DNA of 64,000 bases, taken from the NCBI GenBank assembly GCA_038245295.1, contig JBBRSP010000023.1:23957-87956 (forward strand). Direction: 5' to 3'. The number at the start of each line of letters is the position of its first letter. Positions within the stretch are counted from its first letter, which is position 1. This stretch comes from Candidatus Binatia bacterium. Its GTDB lineage: Bacteria; Desulfobacterota; Binatia; HRBIN30. Positions 60,247 through 64,000 of the stretch are shown here, piece after piece. The notes beneath the pieces are model-generated. The model did not search any database. It was not told where the DNA came from and saw only the letters and a program-made list of their open reading frames with translations. A program made the translations under genes and the position numbers.

Positions 60247-60589
60247 TGCACCACGAAGGACACGAAGACCACGACGCGGGCCTTGCTCGCAATCCACCGC
60301 GAGCACGCAATTCGCGGAGGGCACGGGACGGGTATTGCCACAGATGAATGGGATAAACACAGATGGTTTGCCAACAGCTAGGGGCCGCGATGCAGGCCGC
60401 AGGCCTGCATCTGTGCATCTGTGTTCATCTGCGTTCATCCGTGGCAATGAAACCGCACGGTGGTTTCATTCGCGCTAGATCATCGCACGCCGCGACGAAT
60501 TCGAACGTAAGTAATACGAAGGGCTGAGTCACGAGCAGACCCATCCGCAACAACTCTCTCTTCGTGACCTTCGTGCTCTTCGTGGTGCA
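60247..60589. repeat. Nested inverted-repeat element(s), MITE-like
   Basis: Outer arms 60247-60276 and 60560-60589 (CACGAAG-NN units); inner arms 60334-60365 and 60416-60448 (CACAGATGAA-like units). Confidence 0.7.
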
Positions 60590-60742
60590 TCTTCGTTCTA
60601 TGCTCGCGATCTTGCGACGGACGCACCCGCCGAGTCATCATGGCTGACGTTTGGGTTGATGAAGTGACCTACCTCTTGCACACCGTGGATTACGCCGGCG
60701 GGATGGGCCCGCCGCATCGCGCCACATACAAGGAGGCAGGTC

Positions 60743-61640
60743 ATGGCGAATACTAGCATGTACGTCGGGATGGATGTCCACCAGAAGACCATCGACATCA
60801 CGGTCGCCGAGGACGGCCGGCTCGGACGCGTCTGGCGCTTCGGGACCATCGGCGGTGATCTGAAAGCGGTAGACCGCGCCGTCGACAAGCTCCTCGAGCA
60901 CCAGACCACGCTGCACTTCGTCTACGAGGCCGGCCCGTGCGGGTTCGTGCTCTACCGCCATCTCACCGCGCGCGGGCAGGACTGCACCGTGGTGGCGCCA
61001 GCCGCCGTGCCCAAGAAACCGAGCGACCGGGTGAAGACCGACAAGCGCGACGCCGACACGCTGGCCACCACCCACCGCTCCGGGCAGCTGCGGGCGATCT
61101 ATGTCCCCGCGCCCGCCGACGAGGCCGTGCGCGATCTGGTGCGCGCCCGCGAAGACGCTGTCCATGCCCGCCGCGTTGCGCGCCAGCAACTCAACTCCTT
61201 CCTGCTCCGCCACGGGCGTCACTACACCAAGCAGAAGTGGACCGCGGCACACCGCCGCTGGCTCTCCGATGAACTCTTCGAGCTCGCCACCGCGCGCATC
61301 ACCTGCGAGGAATACCGCCTGGCCATCACCGAGTGCGAGCACCGAGTCGAGCGGCTGGAGCGCCAGGTCGCCGCCGCCCCCCACGACTGGCGCTTCTGGC
61401 CGGTCGTCGAGGCGCTGCAGGCGCTGCGCGGCGTGTCGCTCATCGTCGCCGGTACGGTGGTTGCCGAGATCGGCGATCTGACCCGCTTTCGGCCCCGCGA
61501 GCTCATGGCGTTTCTCGACATGGTCCCCTCCGAGTACACCACCGACGATCACCGCCGCCTCGGCAAGATCACCAAGTGCGGCAATGGCCACGTCCGCCGC
61601 GTGCTCTGCGAAGCCGCCTGGGCCTACGATCATCCCCCTA
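60743..61640 (+). mobile_element. IS110 family transposase, 3'-truncated and degenerate
   Basis: YVGMDVH, YEAG, KTDKRDA (DEDD); AEIGD..RF; ITKCGN..VRR.L.EAAW; family similarity stops at YDHPP. Confidence 0.9.
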
Positions 61641-61924
61641 TAGATCTTTCACAGCCTGATCGATGCGGTCGCACCGGCGGTCGCGTCATCCGGGGAACCC
61701 TCGATGGCGTTATGAGCGCAGCCGACGCTGGATGCTCGAGCCGAGTGTAGAGGCCGCCCCGCGACGGATGGAGGACAGGTGGTAACCAACCCACGGATAT
61801 CAGCAGAACAACCGCCGCTACGAGACGCGACCGCCGCTCCGACCGCATCGATCTCCATCGCTCCAACCACACTCCACACCGCCGGAGGCGGGAGACCTTC
61901 GTCCCCCATTGCAAACGTCAGCCA

Positions 61925-62014
61925 TATCAACGCCGGCGCTCAGCCGCGCGGGCCGCTCCCCGCCGGCTCGCGTTCGGCTCCGCGGCCCGCGTCGGCTGCA
62001 GCGGCTTGTTAGGC
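61925..62014 (-). mobile_element. attC site
   Basis: Minus strand GCCTAAC-AAGCCGCTGCAGCCGACGCGGGCCGC...GCGGCCCGCGCGGCTGAGCGCCGGC-GTTGATA. Confidence 0.85.
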
Positions 62015-62044
62015 AGACAATCTGCCAGATACGAATGGTTGGCG

Positions 62045-62455
62045 TCATTTTGAGCCTGCCGCCATGGGCTGCACTTTGACGACGCGCGTCACCCGAAGTT
62101 GCCGTTCCCACATGCCGAAGTGTCCGAATTGGCCGGGCGGACTAGGGACTCCCTCGACGGTGATGTACGCCTTGACCTTCGCGCCCTTCTTGCACTTTCC
62201 CTTGCCGAAGATCGGGCATACGTCGCCGGTCAACCAGACCTCACATGATGAATGCGAAATCTTGAAGGAACTACCCTCGAACTCGGCTTCGTAAAAGCCA
62301 GAGTAAGTGGCAGGTTTTCCTTCCATCAGACCGAATTCAGCTCGACAGCGGTATGGCGGCCAGGTGCTGTCCCCCGCCTGTGGGGTCTCAGCCAGAACGG
62401 AGTGAGCTAGCGTTGTCGCGACCAAGAAAACGACCAGTGAGAACCGTGGCACCAT
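62045..62455 (-). CDS. Cassette-borne hypothetical exported protein
   Basis: Signal peptide; ATG lies 4 nt after the attC R' box; bounded by attC sites. Confidence 0.75.
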   Translation of the reverse strand: MVPRFSLVVFLVATTLAHSVLAETPQAGDSTWPPYRCRAEFGLMEGKPATYSGFYEAEFEGSSFKISHSSCEVWLTGDVCPIFGKGKCKKGAKVKAYITVEGVPSPPGQFGHFGMWERQLRVTRVVKVQPMAAGSK

Positions 62456-62458
62456 GCT

Positions 62459-62539
62459 GGCTAACGCCGCGGCTCAGGCGCGGCGGGCCCCAGTGGAAGT
62501 CGGCCTTTGCCCGCCGTCGCTTGCAGCCGGAAGTTAGCC
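62459..62539 (-). mobile_element. attC site
   Basis: Minus strand GGCTAAC-TTCCGGCTGCAAGCGACGGCGGGC...GCCCGCCGCGCCTGAGCCGCGGC-GTTAGCC; the toxin stop codon lies in R''. Confidence 0.88.
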
Positions 62540-62836
62540 CAGGCGGCGCTGCCACTCTGCTGGGTGCCGACTGGCGTGGAGAACAGCCACCACCACGAGG
62601 GCGTCACTCTCGATCGCGAAGTAGACGGCATATGGAAACCGCTCGAGCAGGGCTCGCCTGATCCCAGAACGCAAGTCCTGATACTTGAGTGGACCCTCCA
62701 CGATCCTGTTGTACGCGGCGCGAACCTCATCAAGGAACTCCAAGCCCAGGCCTGATCGCTCGTTCTCGTACCAGTCGAACGCCCCCTCCACCTCGACGTC
62801 CGCCGCGGGCGTTGACGTAAGCCGATACTTGATCAC
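62534..62836 (-). CDS. RelE/ParE family toxin
   Basis: A..DV..A.DWYE..R.GLG.EF, RRALL.RFPYAVYF, VVAVLH..R.P..W. Confidence 0.9.
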   Translation of the reverse strand: MIKYRLTSTPAADVEVEGAFDWYENERSGLGLEFLDEVRAAYNRIVEGPLKYQDLRSGIRRALLERFPYAVYFAIESDALVVVAVLHASRHPAEWQRRLG

Positions 62837-63066
62837 TGCGTCTTCTTAGTGAGACGGTCGAACACTTCGTAAGCTGGGCGTGTGCGTGTTGGATCCCTGC
62901 GAAGCGCAGCCAGGCGCTCGTCCGCCAGCGCGAGATGGCTTTCGGGCACCGGCAAGTCGCCCGGTCTCTCCGCGATCCGATCCCAGAGCGCCTGGAGATA
63001 CCTTACTTGCTCGGCCTTAGAGAGATCCGCAAAACCAGGTGGCTCAGGAATATCCGTCTGTGCCAT
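62833..63066 (-). CDS. Addiction-module antitoxin (unstable antitoxin-like)
   Basis: LS..EQ......LWD.I, VPESH.....ERLA; GTGA overlap with the toxin gene. Confidence 0.85.
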   Translation of the reverse strand: MAQTDIPEPPGFADLSKAEQVRYLQALWDRIAERPGDLPVPESHLALADERLAALRRDPTRTRPAYEVFDRLTKKTQ

Positions 63067-63120
63067 GTTCGTTACCTCGACTCGACCATATCGCACGACA
63101 GTGAGGCCGCCAACTGTGGA

Positions 63121-63202
63121 GGCTAACGCTGCGGCTCAGGCGTGGCGGGCGTGAGTGGAAGCCGGCCGCGGCCCGCCGTCGCCTGCAGCCGTCTTGTTCG
63201 GC
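63121..63202 (-). mobile_element. attC site
   Basis: Minus strand GCCGAAC-AAGACGGCTGCAGGCGACGGCGGGC...GCCCGCCACGCCTGAGCCGCAGC-GTTAGCC. Confidence 0.87.
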
Positions 63203-63208
63203 CTCTTT

Positions 63209-63445
63209 TCAAGCGACGATCCGCAGCGCTTCACCACGGTTGTGCAGGAGAACCACTTGTTCCCGCCGCAACGCGAGCTCGGCGTAGGTCTGTCCGTCAT
63301 CATCGGTGAACTCGACCTCGTAGGCATCCGGGGCCAGAATCTCCACGACCGTTCCGACCTCGCCCCGCTTAAGCTTGCGCTCAGGCAGGTCTTCCAGAAG
63401 CGCAACCGTATCGAGTAGCTTGATGGGTCTTTGTCGTCGGGCCAT
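63209..63445 (-). CDS. DUF4926 domain protein
   Basis: IKLLDTVALLEDLP...L.RGEVGTVVE.L....YEVEF.DDDG.TYA. Confidence 0.88.
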   Translation of the reverse strand: MARRQRPIKLLDTVALLEDLPERKLKRGEVGTVVEILAPDAYEVEFTDDDGQTYAELALRREQVVLLHNRGEALRIVA

Positions 63446-63789
63446 CACCGTTTCCTCTTCGCCACGTAGCACGTGGTCAGCCGTGGCTCTCTCATACCAC
63501 GGAGGACGATCCAGCCGCTACGGATTGTGGCGCGTCCAACCGTCGTCACCATGGTGAAATCTATCGTGTACCGCTGACCGTAGGTGTCGCGTTCACCGAG
63601 TAATGCGTCGCCAGTCCTGGCAACCGCAAGCAACTTCGTCCGTAACGTCCGAGCATCGGCAGCCGTGAGTCCGAGCACCATGGCGAACACTTGTGCCTTG
63701 TGTCGGCCCCGCGGACTGTCTGGGTTCAAGCAATACTCGGCAAGCTTGCGGACCTCGACAACGGCTCGGTTGCCATTCGGTAAACGCAC
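63445..63789 (-). CDS. DUF6883-like protein (putative nuclease toxin partner of DUF4926)
   Basis: LPN...A.V...KL..YCLN.....G.HKA.VF...LG; YGQRY; SGWI.......PRL.TCY; TGATG coupling. Confidence 0.82.
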   Translation of the reverse strand: MRLPNGNRAVVEVRKLAEYCLNPDSPRGRHKAQVFAMVLGLTAADARTLRTKLLAVARTGDALLGERDTYGQRYTIDFTMVTTVGRATIRSGWIVLRGMREPRLTTCYVAKRKR

Positions 63790-63840
63790 GATCGTACCTT
63801 ACGCGGTTGACGGTTTGCTCAGCAACTCCTGGTACGACAA

Positions 63841-63920
63841 GCCGAACGCCGACGATCATGCGCGGCGGGCGCCAGTGAAAGTGTGCCTGGCACGCCGTCG
63901 CCTGCAGCCGTCTGTTCGGC
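63841..63920 (-). mobile_element. attC site
   Basis: Minus strand GCCGAAC-AGACGGCTGCAGGCGACGGCG...CGCCGCGCATGATCGTCGGC-GTTCGGC. Confidence 0.82.
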
Positions 63921-64000
63921 CCTCGGCCATCTCATCAGTTCAGCCACCAACATGATTCTGCATCGCGACGAACTCGATGACGACGACCGCTCCCGTTCGA

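Noticed and set aside
61641..61750. C-terminal 36 aa of the IS110 ORF
   Set aside because: Family similarity ends at YDHPP; the rest is read-through into an antisense cassette remnant.
60097..63920. attC-like repeats read as a CRISPR array or simple terminators
   Set aside because: They are 80-111 bp imperfect palindromes with AAC/GTT ends, separated by whole genes, and lack U-tracts.
1..64000. tRNA, rRNA, riboswitch or integron integrase
   Set aside because: None recognised by eye, and no tyrosine-recombinase ORF appears in the track. A covariance-model scan would be needed to exclude small RNAs.

Overview
GC-rich bacterial window. Gene content (many enoyl-CoA hydratases, acyl-CoA dehydrogenases, LLM and amidohydrolase genes, Thr/Pro-rich secreted proteins with cohesin/dockerin-like modules) suggests a Ca. 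Binatia/deltaproteobacteria-like organism; this is an inference only. Main blocks: (1) a + strand lipid-catabolism/sensor/MutS-like run at 1-8 kb; (2) two tandem secreted cohesin-like proteins at 8.1-11.2 kb, plus two distant secreted dockerin-like proteins (GH44 at 32-35 kb, CAP domain at 49.5-51.5 kb); (3) a tightly coupled - strand operon joining the mevalonate pathway (mvaD-pmk-fni-mvaA-mvk) to hopanoid synthesis (shc, fused hpnC-hpnD, hpnE, hpnH), with no HMG-CoA synthase; (4) a sigma54 two-component locus between a porin/periplasmic protein pair and a 9-heme secreted cytochrome; (5) ftsH, a frameshifted NapC/NirT-type multiheme cytochrome and a broken PAS kinase; (6) from about 59 kb to the end, a - strand integron-type cassette array (5 full attC-like sites plus 2 degenerate/partial ones, two toxin-antitoxin-type cassettes, no integrase in the window) interrupted by a truncated IS110 and nested inverted-repeat elements. 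No rRNA, tRNA or CRISPR array was seen. All calls come from motif reading; no searches were run.
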